This document shows positions 1-10,642 of a DNA stretch of 64,000 nucleotides, piece by piece; position 1 is the first letter of the stretch, and the number at the start of each line of letters is the position of its first letter. Made by a program: the position numbers and the translations under genes. The DNA lies in the NCBI GenBank assembly GCA_963664195.1, contig OY760907.1, positions 256,001-320,000 of the forward strand, given 5' to 3'. The DNA comes from an uncultured candidate division Zixibacteria bacterium. Its GTDB lineage: Bacteria; Zixibacteria; MSB-5A5; GN15; FEB-12. Below the pieces are notes generated by a model. The model was given only the letters and a program-made list of their open reading frames with translations. It was not told the origin of the DNA and ran no database searches.

Positions 1-3000
1 CTTCCTTTTTGATGACCATCGGAAGCGCACTAACCGTTGTCACGGCCGAGTCTATCTCGGAGCCGCCCGGGTAGACACTGCGTACGAGAGCGATATTCGG
101 AATCCGCTGACCGTCGGAGACCGTCGGATCAATCATGACAACGAAAGAAACCTCTCTGGTCTCGAAGGCCGCCATATTGCCGAGGTTCCAGTGAAGGCTG
201 TCGGTACCGGCATCGTATGTACCACCGGCTGAGATCGAGCCTGCGGCATATTCGGTGTAATCCGGCACTTCGTCAGCAACTACGACGCCACTGGCAGCTT
301 CCGGATTAGGGTTGCTGACCGTAAGAGTATAGGTCAGCGGATCGCCCGGCGAGGCCAGAGTGGCATCGACGTTCTTCACGATTGACAACTGACCGGTCGG
401 AGTACCCTGATATACGCGAGTCTCAACCGTGTTACTGATGAACGTGCGCGCCTCTACCTGTTTCGCCAGCGCTTCCTCGGCAATCGATGCAACCGCGAAG
501 TTGGAGACGGTTGTCGGGAAGGACGTGAACGGACCGTCAAGCACAACTCGGAATGACAGAGTCAACTCGGCACCTGGATTCAGCATCTGGAAGTTCCAGG
601 AAACCACGTCCAGACCGGCATCGTGCAGACCACCATTACTGGCAGTGTTCTGGATATACGACGCGTAGTCAGGCACGGTGTCGGTCACGACCAGATTGTA
701 GACCGGGGTCTCCGTCACGTTGCGGACTACCATCGTGTATTCAAGCTCATCGTTCACGATTGCCGAATCCTTGTCGACAGACTTGTTGATCGTGATCGGC
801 GCCGGTTGATTACCGGCAGTAATAGTGCCAGTTCTCGTGTCGACACCACACTCATCGGTGACGGTCAGACTCACCGTGTACACACCGGCAACATTGAAGG
901 TGTGCATCGGATTCTGATCGGACGACGTATTGTCGCTTCCGGATGTCGGATCACCGAAATCCCATTCCCAACTCGTGATGGCCTGAGAGCCAAACGAGAT
1001 GTCCGTGAAGTTCACGATCAGCGGCACACCACCACTATAAGGAGAGGCGTAGAAGTCGGCAGTCGGACCGTCGAAGACCTCAACTTTGACATCTTTGTAC
1101 ACCTCAACGGTACCGCTGTAATCGAAAGCCATCAGCGTAACCGTGTAAGTGCCGGAAGCAGTGTACGTGTGTTCCGTGTTCTGACCGGACCCGCTGGAAC
1201 CGTCACCGAAGTCCCATTCGTACGAACTGATATCGCAGTTCCCGGTCGGGAAGGCGTAGAAGTAGTAAGTGGTTGAGTCACAGAAGCTGCTCGTCTCCCA
1301 GTTGAAATCCACTTCACATTCGCCGCCAACATGAACGTACGCCTGTTTCACCTTATAATCGGTGCCGCAGGAGTCAGTCACGGTCAGCACAACGTTGTAC
1401 GTGCCGGGTGAGTTGTAGGCGTGAGTAGGATTCTGGTCTGACGAAATGTCACCATCGCCGAACTGCCAGGCCCAGGTATCAATCCCGAGAACACTGGTTG
1501 ATAAATCGGTAAAAGTCACGTCAAGCGGAGCTTCGCCCGAGGTCGGTGCGGCACTGAACTCGGCAGTCGGTCCCGGATAGACGGTAACCGATACGGTCTT
1601 GACAGCAGTTAACGTCTCACCATCGTTGGTAGCGGAAAGCGTCACTACGTAGCTACCCGAGGCGGTGTACGCATGCTCAGGATACTGGCCGGAGCCGGTA
1701 TCCCCGTCGCCGAAATCCCAATCCCAGGCTGTGACGTTACATTCGCCGACCGCGTAGGCATTGAAGTAATAAGTCGACTGGAGGCAAACGCCGTCGTTCT
1801 CCCAGTTGAACTCAACGGTGCAGTCGCCGGTGACATAAACGTAGGCTTCTTTGGTTTCCTCATCGTCACCACAGGCATCGACTACGGTGAGTGTCACGGT
1901 GTAATGCCCGGTATCGCTATACATGTGGGTCGGGTTCTGGGCGGAAGAAGTCCCGCCGTCGCCAAATGCCCAGGTCCAACTAGTGATACCGAGGAGGCTC
2001 GTCGACAGGTCGGTGAAGGTCACGTTCAGCGGAGCCGCACCGGAAAGCGGTGTGGCGCTGAAGTCGGCAGTCGGGCCGGATTGAACCGTCACGTACTGCG
2101 CTTTCGTTTCCGTATCGTTGCCGCACTCGTTAGTGACCGTCAGCGAAATCGTGTAAGTACCGGCGACCGTGTAGGAGTGTGTCGGATTCTGCACGTCGGA
2201 AGTAGCACCGTCGCCGAAGTCCCATTGCCAGGTATAGGCGCCAGTCGACAGATCGGTGAAATCGACGTCCGAACCGGTGCAGGTTGCGGTCGGATCGGCT
2301 GAGAAATCAGCCACCGGCGGCGGGGTGAACGCAATCAGCTCTTCCCCGGTCGTTGTGTCCGCACCACAATCGTTGGTAACGATCAGGCGCACGGTGTATG
2401 TGCCCTGAGTATCATACGAGTGATCCGGATTCTGAACGTCAGAGGTTGCTCCGTCACCGAAATCCCAAGCCCACGACATAGCGTCGGTCGACAAGTCGGT
2501 GAATTCAACCAGAACGCCTTCGCAGGAAGCCGTCTGATCGCTGCTGAAGTCGGCAATCGGGTCCTCATAAACGTAGATATAGGCCATTCTGTACGCTTCG
2601 TCCGGACCACAAGCATTGGTCACCGTCAACGACACTGAGTACAGCCCGGGAGTCGTGTAAGTATGTGAGGGACTCTGGACGCTTGAGTTGCCGCCGTCGC
2701 CGAAGTCCCAGCTCCAGGTCAGCGCGCCAACACTCAGGTCCGTGAACGCCACCTCAAGCGGTCCACAACCGCTCGTCTTGTCGGCAGAAAAGTCAGCAGT
2801 CGGTCCCGGATTCACAGTCACATACGAATCCTTGACTTCAATATCACTGCCGCAGAGATTGCCAGCGGTCAGAGTTACAGTATACGTACCAGCGACCGCG
2901 TAGGTATGCGTCGGGTTGTCATCATGCGACGTATTCCCGTCACCGAAATCCCAGGTGTAGGCTCGGCCATTAGTCGACTGGTTCGTGAACGACACCGGCT

Positions 3001-6000
3001 GATTGACGCAGGCGTCGGTATTACTGGCTATGAAGTCAGCAGTCGGTTCCTCATCCACACGAATAAACGCCGTTTTCGGCTCCGTATCCGGACCGCAATC
3101 ATTAGTTACCGTCAACGTGACGTCATACGTGCCTGCGTTCTGGTACGTGTGAGTCGGGTTCTGATCGGTCGACGTGTTCCCATCGCCGAAGTCCCAGAGC
3201 CAACTTTCGGCATCTGTTGACCGGTCAATGAAGTCAATCGGCAAAGGCGCACACCAGACAAACGGATCATGGATTTCAAAATCAGCAGTCGGTGGACCGT
3301 ATACGCGGATGTAGGCCATTCTTTCGTCATAGTCATCGCCACAGGCGTTGCTTACCAGGAGTCTGACCGAATAGACGCCCGCCGCGTTGTACGTATGCGA
3401 GGGACTTGCGGCAGACGATGTACTTCCGTCACCAAAGTCCCAGCTGTACGTATCGGCGTTGGTCGACAAATCGGTGAAATTCACCGTCATGCCGGCGCAA
3501 CCGGAAGTCTGATCAGCAGTGAAATCCGCAATCGGCTCAATACCAACTGAGATGTATTCACTGCGATACTCAGAGTCACCGCCGCAGTCGTTGGTCACGG
3601 TCAGGGTGACGTCGTAACGACCGACAGCACTGTACGTGTGAACAGGGTTCTGATCGGTCGACGTGTTCCCGTCACCGAAATCCCATTCCCAGGTATCAGC
3701 ATGAGTAGAATGATCGTAGAACTCAACCGGATCACCGACACAAGATTCCGTCGTGTTAGTACTGTAGTCGGCAGCCGGTCCCGGAAGCACCGTGATGAAA
3801 TCGAGTTTCTCATCGTCTCTGCTTCCGCAAATATTGCTCACGGTCAGAGTAACCGTGTACGTACCCGGAGTCGTGTAGATGTGCGTCGGGTGTTCGTCAT
3901 CCGACACTGCGCCATCACCGAAATCCCAATGCCAGTCATCGACATCGTAGGATTGCTGAGTGAAGGACACCGTGAGCGGTCCACAGCCTTCGGTCACGTC
4001 GGACATGAAGCCCGGCAGCGGCCACGGACCTACCGAAATATAAGCGGTCTTCTCTTCGATATCGTCACCACAACGATTAATCGCTCTCAGAGTCACGGTA
4101 TAAAGACCGTCGCTTGAGTATGAATGCGAGGGATTCTGGCTGATGGAAGTAGCTCCGTCTCCAAAACTCCACTCCCATGAATCGGCGTCAACCGAAAGAT
4201 CGGTAAACCGCACCGGGCTGCCGATACAGGTTTCCGTAACATCAGCCTCGAAATCGGCTGTCGGAGCAACGTAGATAGTAATCAGGCCGGGTTTGAACTC
4301 GGTGTCCTCACCGCAGGGGTTGGACACGGTAAGGCGCACGTCGTAAACACCGGAGGCGGTGTACGTATGCAACGGGTTCTGTTCGTCGGAAGTTGCTCCG
4401 TCGCCGAAGTCCCAAAGCCACGTCTCTGCGTTCAACGACAGATCAGTGAACTGGAAACCGGACGGCGCACAACCTTCGTGATCCGCCACCGTGAAATCGG
4501 CCTGAGGAGTCGGGCGTACAAAGATGTACTGCGCCTTGAACTCTTCATCGTCGCCGCAGACGTTGGTCACACGAAGAGTCACGTCGTAGTAACCCGGCTG
4601 CGCGTAGACATGAGTCGGGTGCTGGGCCGGTGAACTGTTACCGTCGCCGAAATCCCAGAGCCAGGTCGTCGCATACTGTGACATATCAGTGAACGTCACG
4701 GTCGCACCGACACAGGTTTCAGTCGGATCGGCACTGAAGTCAGCTATCGGGTACTGACCAACAAGAATGAATGCCTCTTTAGTAATGAAATCCTCGCCGC
4801 ACTCGTTGGCTACGGTCAACGTCACCGTGTAGGCGCCGACGCCTGCATAGGCATGGGCCGGATTCTGCTCTGTCGATGTGTTGCCATCGCCGAATTCCCA
4901 CAACCAACTGTCGGCGTCCTGCGACAGGTCGGTGAAGTGCACCGGTCCCGGCTCACAGAGCACGGTCTCATCGGAAGTGAAATCGGCAATCGGTCCGCGA
5001 CCGACAGTAATATACTCAGCCTTCGTTTCTGAGTCTTCACCGCAGGCATTGGTGACGGTCAGCGTGACCGCATAAACACCGGCGGTTGCATAGGAATGAG
5101 TCGGATTCTGGAGGATCGAAGTCGTACCGTCGCCAAAGTCCCAGGTCCACGTGTCAGCGTGCTGCGACAGATCGGTGAACTGAACGTCGGCACCAACACA
5201 GGTCTCTGTGACATCGGAAGTGAAGTCTGCAATCGGCGGCTGGCCGATCAGAATAAACGCTTCTTTGGTGATCGAATCTTCGCCGCACCTGTTGGTCACC
5301 GTCAGGGTCACCGTATAAGTGCCGGTAGCGGCATAGGTATGACTCGGGTTCTGATCAGGCGAGGTGTTGCCATCACCGAAATCCCACAGCCACGTTTCAG
5401 CGAATTGTGACAGGTCAGTGAAATCAACCGTGCTCTCTTCGCAGAAAACCGTCGGATCGGCGGCGAAATCAGCAATCGGCGATGTGCCGACCGTAATATA
5501 CTCGGTCTTAGTTTCAGTATCATCACCGCAGGCATTGGTAACGGTCAGCGTGACCGCATAAACACCGGCGACGGTATATGAATGCAGGGGATTCTGATCG
5601 GTCGCGGTTGCGCCATCGCCGAAACTCCAGCTCCACGTGGCGGCATTCTGCGACAGATCAGTGAACTGAACGTCGACACCAACACAGCTTTCGGTTACGT
5701 CAGATGTGAAGTCAGCAACCGGCTGATCTACGACTGTAATAAAGAGCTCCTTGACCTCCTTATCGACCCCACACTCGTTTCTGACTGCCAGCTCGACGGT
5801 GTACGTTCCGGCCGTCGTATAGGTGTGACAGGGTTCGTGCTCCCAGACATAGCCGGAGCCGTCACCGAAGTCCCAGCGCCACCAATCGGCGTCAACCGAA
5901 AGATCCTGGAAACAGACTTCCGAGCCGACACAGAAAAGCTGCGTGTCACTGGTGAAGTCCGCAGTCGGACCGTCGTTCACGTTGATGTACTCGACTTTGG

Positions 6001-6913
6001 TTGCGGAAGCATCGCCGCACTCGTTCGCCGCGGTCAACGTAACAGTGTATAACCCGGCAGTCGCATAAGTGTGAACAGGATTCTGATCGGCCGAGGTATT
6101 GCCGTCGCCGAAATCCCAGAACCACGAGTCGGCATCAACGGACATATCGGTGAAGGTGACCGCCCCGCTGTCCAGACACATCTCGGTCGGGTCGGCAGTG
6201 AAATCGACAGTCGGCGGACCATCGATTGTTATGTAGACTTCTTTGATCTCTTCGTCGTGACCGCACTGGTTGCGGACCTTCAACGTCACGGTGTACGTGC
6301 CCGGAGTCGTGTACGTGTGGCACGGATTCTCGACGTACGAGTATGCGGAACCGTCACCGAAATCCCAGCGCCACCAGGTGGCAAAGGTCGACCGGTCTTC
6401 GAAACAGATTTCAGTATTAACACACTCTCTTAGCGAAAGCGCGATGAAATCAGCAATCGGCTCGGTTCTCACTATTATTACATCAGTGCGAGTTTTGCTC
6501 GCGGAACCGCCCGGACCGGTAACGGTCAACGTGACGGTATAGACCCCCGAAGTCCCGTAGAAGTGAGTCGGGTTTTCTTCGTTTGAGTAGTTGTCCGAAC
6601 CGCTGTTCGGATCACCGAAATCCCATTCCCAGGTATCAATGTATCCCACGGAAAGATCGGTGAAACTCGCCTGCAGTTCGCCGCAGGCATCGTCGATATC
6701 GACGCAAAAATCTGGTATTGGCTTCTCAGCGTCATCGTGGTTGAAACCGGCCGGCGGGGTATGAACCTCCCCAACGCGGGCATCATCGCCACAAACGGCG
6801 CCGTGTTCTGTCTCCGCCCATGACGGCAAAGCCGTCAGACCGAAGACGCCAACTACAAACAGGAGCGTTACAAGAACGCGCCCGAAACTGCTGTTATGAC
6901 GTAGTCTAATCAT
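1..6913 (-). CDS. Giant secreted/surface protein: signal peptide, 24 tandem PKD domains, then at least 2 DUF11 (conserved repeat) domains; runs off the left edge (>2300 aa)
   Basis: Missing from the ORF track because there is no stop in the window. ATG at 6913 follows AGGAG; N-terminus MIRLRHNSSFGRVLVTLLFVVGVFGLTALPSWA; 24 W(D/S/A/Q)FGD motifs at ~243-nt spacing (~958-6616); DUF11-like LSIVKNVDATLASPGDPLTYTLTVSN near 330-390; frame consistent to position 2. Confidence 0.92.
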   Translation of the reverse strand, partial: MIRLRHNSSFGRVLVTLLFVVGVFGLTALPSWAETEHGAVCGDDARVGEVHTPPAGFNHDDAEKPIPDFCVDIDDACGELQASFTDLSVGYIDTWEWDFGDPNSGSDNYSNEENPTHFYGTSGVYTVTLTVTGPGGSASKTRTDVIIVRTEPIADFIALSLRECVNTEICFEDRSTFATWWRWDFGDGSAYSYVENPCHTYTTPGTYTVTLKVRNQCGHDEEIKEVYITIDGPPTVDFTADPTEMCLDSGAVTFTDMSVDADSWFWDFGDGNTSADQNPVHTYATAGLYTVTLTAANECGDASATKVEYINVNDGPTADFTSDTQLFCVGSEVCFQDLSVDADWWRWDFGDGSGYVWEHEPCHTYTTAGTYTVELAVRNECGVDKEVKELFITVVDQPVADFTSDVTESCVGVDVQFTDLSQNAATWSWSFGDGATATDQNPLHSYTVAGVYAVTLTVTNACGDDTETKTEYITVGTSPIADFAADPTVFCEESTVDFTDLSQFAETWLWDFGDGNTSPDQNPSHTYAATGTYTVTLTVTNRCGEDSITKEAFILIGQPPIADFTSDVTETCVGADVQFTDLSQHADTWTWDFGDGTTSILQNPTHSYATAGVYAVTLTVTNACGEDSETKAEYITVGRGPIADFTSDETVLCEPGPVHFTDLSQDADSWLWEFGDGNTSTEQNPAHAYAGVGAYTVTLTVANECGEDFITKEAFILVGQYPIADFSADPTETCVGATVTFTDMSQYATTWLWDFGDGNSSPAQHPTHVYAQPGYYDVTLRVTNVCGDDEEFKAQYIFVRPTPQADFTVADHEGCAPSGFQFTDLSLNAETWLWDFGDGATSDEQNPLHTYTASGVYDVRLTVSNPCGEDTEFKPGLITIYVAPTADFEADVTETCIGSPVRFTDLSVDADSWEWSFGDGATSISQNPSHSYSSDGLYTVTLRAINRCGDDIEEKTAYISVGPWPLPGFMSDVTEGCGPLTVSFTQQSYDVDDWHWDFGDGAVSDDEHPTHIYTTPGTYTVTLTVSNICGSRDDEKLDFITVLPGPAADYSTNTTESCVGDPVEFYDHSTHADTWEWDFGDGNTSTDQNPVHTYSAVGRYDVTLTVTNDCGGDSEYRSEYISVGIEPIADFTADQTSGCAGMTVNFTDLSTNADTYSWDFGDGSTSSAASPSHTYNAAGVYSVRLLVSNACGDDYDERMAYIRVYGPPTADFEIHDPFVWCAPLPIDFIDRSTDAESWLWDFGDGNTSTDQNPTHTYQNAGTYDVTLTVTNDCGPDTEPKTAFIRVDEEPTADFIASNTDACVNQPVSFTNQSTNGRAYTWDFGDGNTSHDDNPTHTYAVAGTYTVTLTAGNLCGSDIEVKDSYVTVNPGPTADFSADKTSGCGPLEVAFTDLSVGALTWSWDFGDGGNSSVQSPSHTYTTPGLYSVSLTVTNACGPDEAYRMAYIYVYEDPIADFSSDQTASCEGVLVEFTDLSTDAMSWAWDFGDGATSDVQNPDHSYDTQGTYTVRLIVTNDCGADTTTGEELIAFTPPPVADFSADPTATCTGSDVDFTDLSTGAYTWQWDFGDGATSDVQNPTHSYTVAGTYTISLTVTNECGNDTETKAQYVTVQSGPTADFSATPLSGAAPLNVTFTDLSTSLLGITSWTWAFGDGGTSSAQNPTHMYSDTGHYTVTLTVVDACGDDEETKEAYVYVTGDCTVEFNWENDGVCLQSTYYFNAYAVGECNVTAWDWDFGDGDTGSGQYPEHAYTASGSYVVTLSATNDGETLTAVKTVSVTVYPGPTAEFSAAPTSGEAPLDVTFTDLSTSVLGIDTWAWQFGDGDISSDQNPTHAYNSPGTYNVVLTVTDSCGTDYKVKQAYVHVGGECEVDFNWETSSFCDSTTYYFYAFPTGNCDISSYEWDFGDGSSGSGQNTEHTYTASGTYTVTLMAFDYSGTVEVYKDVKVEVFDGPTADFYASPYSGGVPLIVNFTDISFGSQAITSWEWDFGDPTSGSDNTSSDQNPMHTFNVAGVYTVSLTVTDECGVDTRTGTITAGNQPAPITINKSVDKDSAIVNDELEYTMVVRNVTETPVYNLVVTDTVPDYASYIQNTASNGGLHDAGLDVVSWNFQMLNPGAELTLSFRVVLDGPFTSFPTTVSNFAVASIAEEALAKQVEARTFISNTVETRVYQGTPTGQLSIVKNVDATLASPGDPLTYTLTVSNPNPEAASGVVVADEVPDYTEYAAGSISAGGTYDAGTDSLHWNLGNMAAFETREVSFVVMIDPTVSDGQRIPNIALVRSVYPGGSEIDSAVTTVSALPMVIKKE

Positions 6914-6925
6914 TATGGCACGCTC

Positions 6926-9484
6926 CTACATTTTTCCCGTGAAACGAACGAAAGCACCCTGTCCGGTATAGTCATAATCCGGAGTGTCGCTATCGCCCTC
7001 TATCCGTTCATATCCAAGCGAAACCCGGAACCAGCTGTTGCTGTCGTATCCTACCTCGAGTTTCGTGAAAGTCTTCTGATCATCCAGCGGATCAACCGAC
7101 GGGTCACTCTCAGCATTGAGCAACTGACTCTTGATAGATCCTCGGGCAAAGATGTTCTGGGAAAGCGACATGGAACCGCTGAGCAACAGGATGTAGCTCG
7201 TCGATTTCGTTTCCTCGGCTATCGCAGCCGTATCGTTGTCTATGACCTGCATGCGTCGTATTACGCCGGCAGTCAGTTCGTTCAAACGATCCCGGTTCCA
7301 GTTGACCTTTAGTCCCAGGTCCCAGCTCTTGTCTTCACGAGGCTCAATGATATCCTCGGTTGTCCGGCGGAATTCGCTCTCGGCATTGAATGACAGGTGA
7401 TGCGAATGGAAATACGTGATCTGGCCAAGCACGAAATCCGTTGTCGTGACTATGCTCGTGTCGACCGACCAGTCCGAACTCCGTTGTCTTCCAACCTTAC
7501 CGATCACCTTGATCAACTCAAGCGGGAGATATTCCAAAGCAACCGTCCCCGCCCACGCGGCCTTTTCGGGATCGTCCTGCCAGAGCTTCATCCTCTTGCC
7601 CGGTGCCGTGTAGCGACGGTACTCGTAAGTAGCGAGCGTATGAAGAATATCATCAGGACGCATACGAAGCGTCAGGAACGTCGCGTCCTCACGGCTGTCG
7701 TAAAGATCCAATTCCTTGTCTCTACGCGCTCTGAAGCGCTGCGTGAGTTCAATATCAGTCCTTTCGCTGGGCTGACTGGTGAACGAAACCGCTAGCTGGT
7801 TGGTGTTGGCATCGTGGTCGCCGATCGCCAACTCGTTGCGGAACATGGCCAGTTCATAGTTGGCCTTGTAGCCTAACTTGCCCAGGGGGCCGACATCTTC
7901 AAACTTGCCGCCCAGATCCAGGATAGCTCTATTCTGACTGTTGTCCTCGTGGTTCGCGTCATCCCGATCCTTGACGGTACGACGTTCAAATCTGAACCCG
8001 AGGCCGAGCACGTCACTTAAGTCGTTCTTGTATCCGGCCGAGAGAATGTTCTCGTTGCGGAGGCCGTCGTAGGCGTTGAAGTCACCGTTGGCTTCGAGGC
8101 CTCGAAGATTGGCGTACTTCGCAGAAACGCTTGACCGCTCACTCAGCTTGTAGTCACCGCCGAGGTGCAGACGCTGCTGATTCTTGTGAGCATCGAGATC
8201 AGAGTTGGTGAATGACCGGAACTGATCGTCGATCCGCTTGAAGTCTGCATCGAGAGTCAGGTTTTCTATGACCTCGGTCTTGGCGCCAAAACGCACCGCC
8301 GAGTAGCTATCGTCATCATTCGGGTTATCCGTACCGGCAAATTCCAGATATCCGGTAGTATGGTCATCGAGCTTAAAAGAAGCGTCGGCGCCAAACAGAT
8401 TCTCCGGCTCTTCGACGCCCTCGCCCGTGGCACCATCGTCGATGTTGCGATGCAAATACGTTCCGCTGACCTGCGCGCCTTCGGCAGGCATCACGCGGGC
8501 ACGAGCACCCATGATGTCATCGTCCTGATCGCGAAGGTAATCGTAGGTGATCACGATGTACTGTGGGGCGCCCGTCAGCGATTCAGAGGCCACTGGAAGG
8601 TGAAGCAGCACGCGACCGAGCAGGTAGTCAACCGTATAGTCTCTGTCGCGAATAAGCGTCTTAGTCTCCAGAACCGTGGTCTCGTCGTATCGGTCACGAA
8701 TCTCAACTTTCACTTCCTCACTGCCCCGGGTGATCGGTGATTTAGTCAGATCGTACGGACCGGAGGTTCCATCGGCACGGACACCCTCGACTGATCCTTC
8801 GCGGAACGCCTTGCCTTCGAGCTTACCGCCTACCGCTTCGACTCCCACCTTCTCGGTATGAAGGTCGGCGTACATGCCAAACAATGAGCGCTGGTGCAGA
8901 CTGAACTCCGAGCCTTTGAAGCTCGGACGAAGTGACCCGGCCTCAATAACACCGTTGTCTTCGGATTCCAGGCGCATCAGCAATTCGAACCGTGAAGGTT
9001 CCTGCGGTTGAGTCAACAGGCGTTTGTCTAGATTTTCGAATTCCCACTGACGACTGGGGTCGTACAGACCGTCGCCGGTGAAACGCCAGCCATCCCAGAG
9101 CGGTTCGGTCGACTCAACCGACATTTTGAGACGGAACTCCGACGGATCAACCGTGTAGTACTCGTCGGCAATACGGGAGTCGAAAATGGCCGCGCCGTTG
9201 ACTTTGAAGTTGCGCCAAATATTGCCATTGGCGAACATCGAAAGTCTCAGATTGTTGGCGTAATCCACCTTGAGGCTTGGATTCGAAGCCTCAAACTGGT
9301 CCTTGTTGCCGCTCACATGAAGAGCATGCATGGTGACTTCGCCAAAACCGAGCAGGAATAAGTCCTGAACGATCTGCGAAGTGTCAGGCTGGCTGATGAT
9401 TCTGCCCTGTGACGGCACAACGGCTATCAAGAGCAGGAGCACAGCAAGCAGCCCTGTGGGGAGACATTTACCTAATGATTTCAT
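6926..9484 (-). CDS. Large putative outer-membrane beta-barrel protein, probably co-transcribed with the PKD/DUF11 gene
   Basis: Likely start MKSLGKCL... with signal peptide (track ORF starts 9556); amphipathic beta-strand pattern; DYTVDYLLGRV motif; C-terminal GAFVRFTGKM; 12 nt from the next gene. Confidence 0.7.
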   Translation of the reverse strand: MKSLGKCLPTGLLAVLLLLIAVVPSQGRIISQPDTSQIVQDLFLLGFGEVTMHALHVSGNKDQFEASNPSLKVDYANNLRLSMFANGNIWRNFKVNGAAIFDSRIADEYYTVDPSEFRLKMSVESTEPLWDGWRFTGDGLYDPSRQWEFENLDKRLLTQPQEPSRFELLMRLESEDNGVIEAGSLRPSFKGSEFSLHQRSLFGMYADLHTEKVGVEAVGGKLEGKAFREGSVEGVRADGTSGPYDLTKSPITRGSEEVKVEIRDRYDETTVLETKTLIRDRDYTVDYLLGRVLLHLPVASESLTGAPQYIVITYDYLRDQDDDIMGARARVMPAEGAQVSGTYLHRNIDDGATGEGVEEPENLFGADASFKLDDHTTGYLEFAGTDNPNDDDSYSAVRFGAKTEVIENLTLDADFKRIDDQFRSFTNSDLDAHKNQQRLHLGGDYKLSERSSVSAKYANLRGLEANGDFNAYDGLRNENILSAGYKNDLSDVLGLGFRFERRTVKDRDDANHEDNSQNRAILDLGGKFEDVGPLGKLGYKANYELAMFRNELAIGDHDANTNQLAVSFTSQPSERTDIELTQRFRARRDKELDLYDSREDATFLTLRMRPDDILHTLATYEYRRYTAPGKRMKLWQDDPEKAAWAGTVALEYLPLELIKVIGKVGRQRSSDWSVDTSIVTTTDFVLGQITYFHSHHLSFNAESEFRRTTEDIIEPREDKSWDLGLKVNWNRDRLNELTAGVIRRMQVIDNDTAAIAEETKSTSYILLLSGSMSLSQNIFARGSIKSQLLNAESDPSVDPLDDQKTFTKLEVGYDSNSWFRVSLGYERIEGDSDTPDYDYTGQGAFVRFTGKM

Positions 9485-9978
9485 AGACTCAGGTCCCGGG
9501 GTATTAAGAGAAGTATTGTTGTATTCAGTCAAATCAGATCCGCCTGGGGACGACAATGGCAGGACATCGCGCCGAAATTAGTACTGTTTATCCAGAGTGA
9601 GACATATGCCATAATACTATTTATGACATTTGCTGTCAACGTCGTCCGTCGCCGAAGTCGAGTTAGCTGTCCATTGCGCCATGTTATACAGGTGTTTTTC
9701 CGCTGAGAGGCCCTTCTTCTCCCCGATACGGCGGATATGCAAGAGGTGCCATACCGCTCAGTTGCAGTAACTTGCCTGTCCTGTGACGAGAGTGAAACGA
9801 ATAGGCCGAAAGTGTGCAAAACACCATCCCAAAAGACGTTAAGGGTCGAAAACAAACGTATCTAGGGGGAATTGAGCAAAGACTGTGCCGGTATCGGGGT
9901 ATGCAAGACTCCGCAATGGACACGCATAGCGATGATAGGGACGATAGCGTAAGACGTTACAGTGACTTCCAAGCAAAG

Positions 9979-10005
9979 AAAAATAGCGGAGCAGGGACTT
10001 GAACC
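9979..10005 (-). repeat. att site of island B: copy of the tRNA-Met 3' end
   Basis: aaaaatagcggagcagggacttgaacc is identical to 60540-60566; the core also occurs at 23789-23812. Confidence 0.92.
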
Positions 10006-10196
10006 TATGGTACGAGTGACGTTCCCCGTTCGATTCTGTATCGAGTAACACATCAGCTGCATGACTTCGTTCGACTAAGTACAATGACAATAGCGACATA
10101 GGCCGCGAGGAAGGCCGAAACGTCGTTGAGGAACTTGCGTTGAGACTGCTGCAAACTGGCGTCGCAGATATCTGCTGCTAGGCTGACAACCCGAAC

Positions 10197-10628
10197 CTAC
10201 TCAACAAGGCTCTTGAGTTGACCAGCAATCTTCTGGACCGGATTGTTGTCCACGCCAATAGTTGTGTGAGTGTCGATAATATCCTTGCCGAATCCCTTGA
10301 TGTCTTTCTCCCCTTTCGAAATGGAAGAGACTGCTACTTTGTTGTACCTGAGGACATCAGAACAAAACTGGGTCACGGTGAAGCTTGAGGTGGCTGCATA
10401 CATCAAAATATAGTCGTAGGCTCCGGTAGTGGTCACGAACAGAAAGGGCACTACACATCCTGAACTCCCTTTCACTTCTTCTGCGTACCACTTCCTGTGG
10501 ACTGGGTGGTAGTGCAGAGACACAGGCTTCTTTATCAGCTGCCTGTACAATCTGTTTTCAAACTCCTGTAGGCGCCCGGGCTTCACGGTGATGTACGTTA
10601 TGGCAATAATGTCTAGTCCAGAAATCAC
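10197..10628 (-). CDS. Small protein with a probable ferredoxin-like Lrp/AsnC C-terminal (RAM)-type fold
   Basis: GTG at 10628 with GGGAG RBS just after the upstream stop; pattern IAITYITVKPG...TTTGAYDYILMY...IIDTHTTI resembles AsnC ligand-binding domains. Confidence 0.5.
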   Translation of the reverse strand: MISGLDIIAITYITVKPGRLQEFENRLYRQLIKKPVSLHYHPVHRKWYAEEVKGSSGCVVPFLFVTTTGAYDYILMYAATSSFTVTQFCSDVLRYNKVAVSSISKGEKDIKGFGKDIIDTHTTIGVDNNPVQKIAGQLKSLVE

Positions 10629-10642
10629 TTCATGTCTCCCTT

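Noticed and set aside
429..6792. Many short ORFs in the track across the first 7 kb
   Set aside because: They are antisense or off-frame shadows of the single PKD-repeat gene
9739..9751. sigma54-like TGGCAC...TTGC upstream of the barrel gene
   Set aside because: Spacer is 3 nt instead of the required 5
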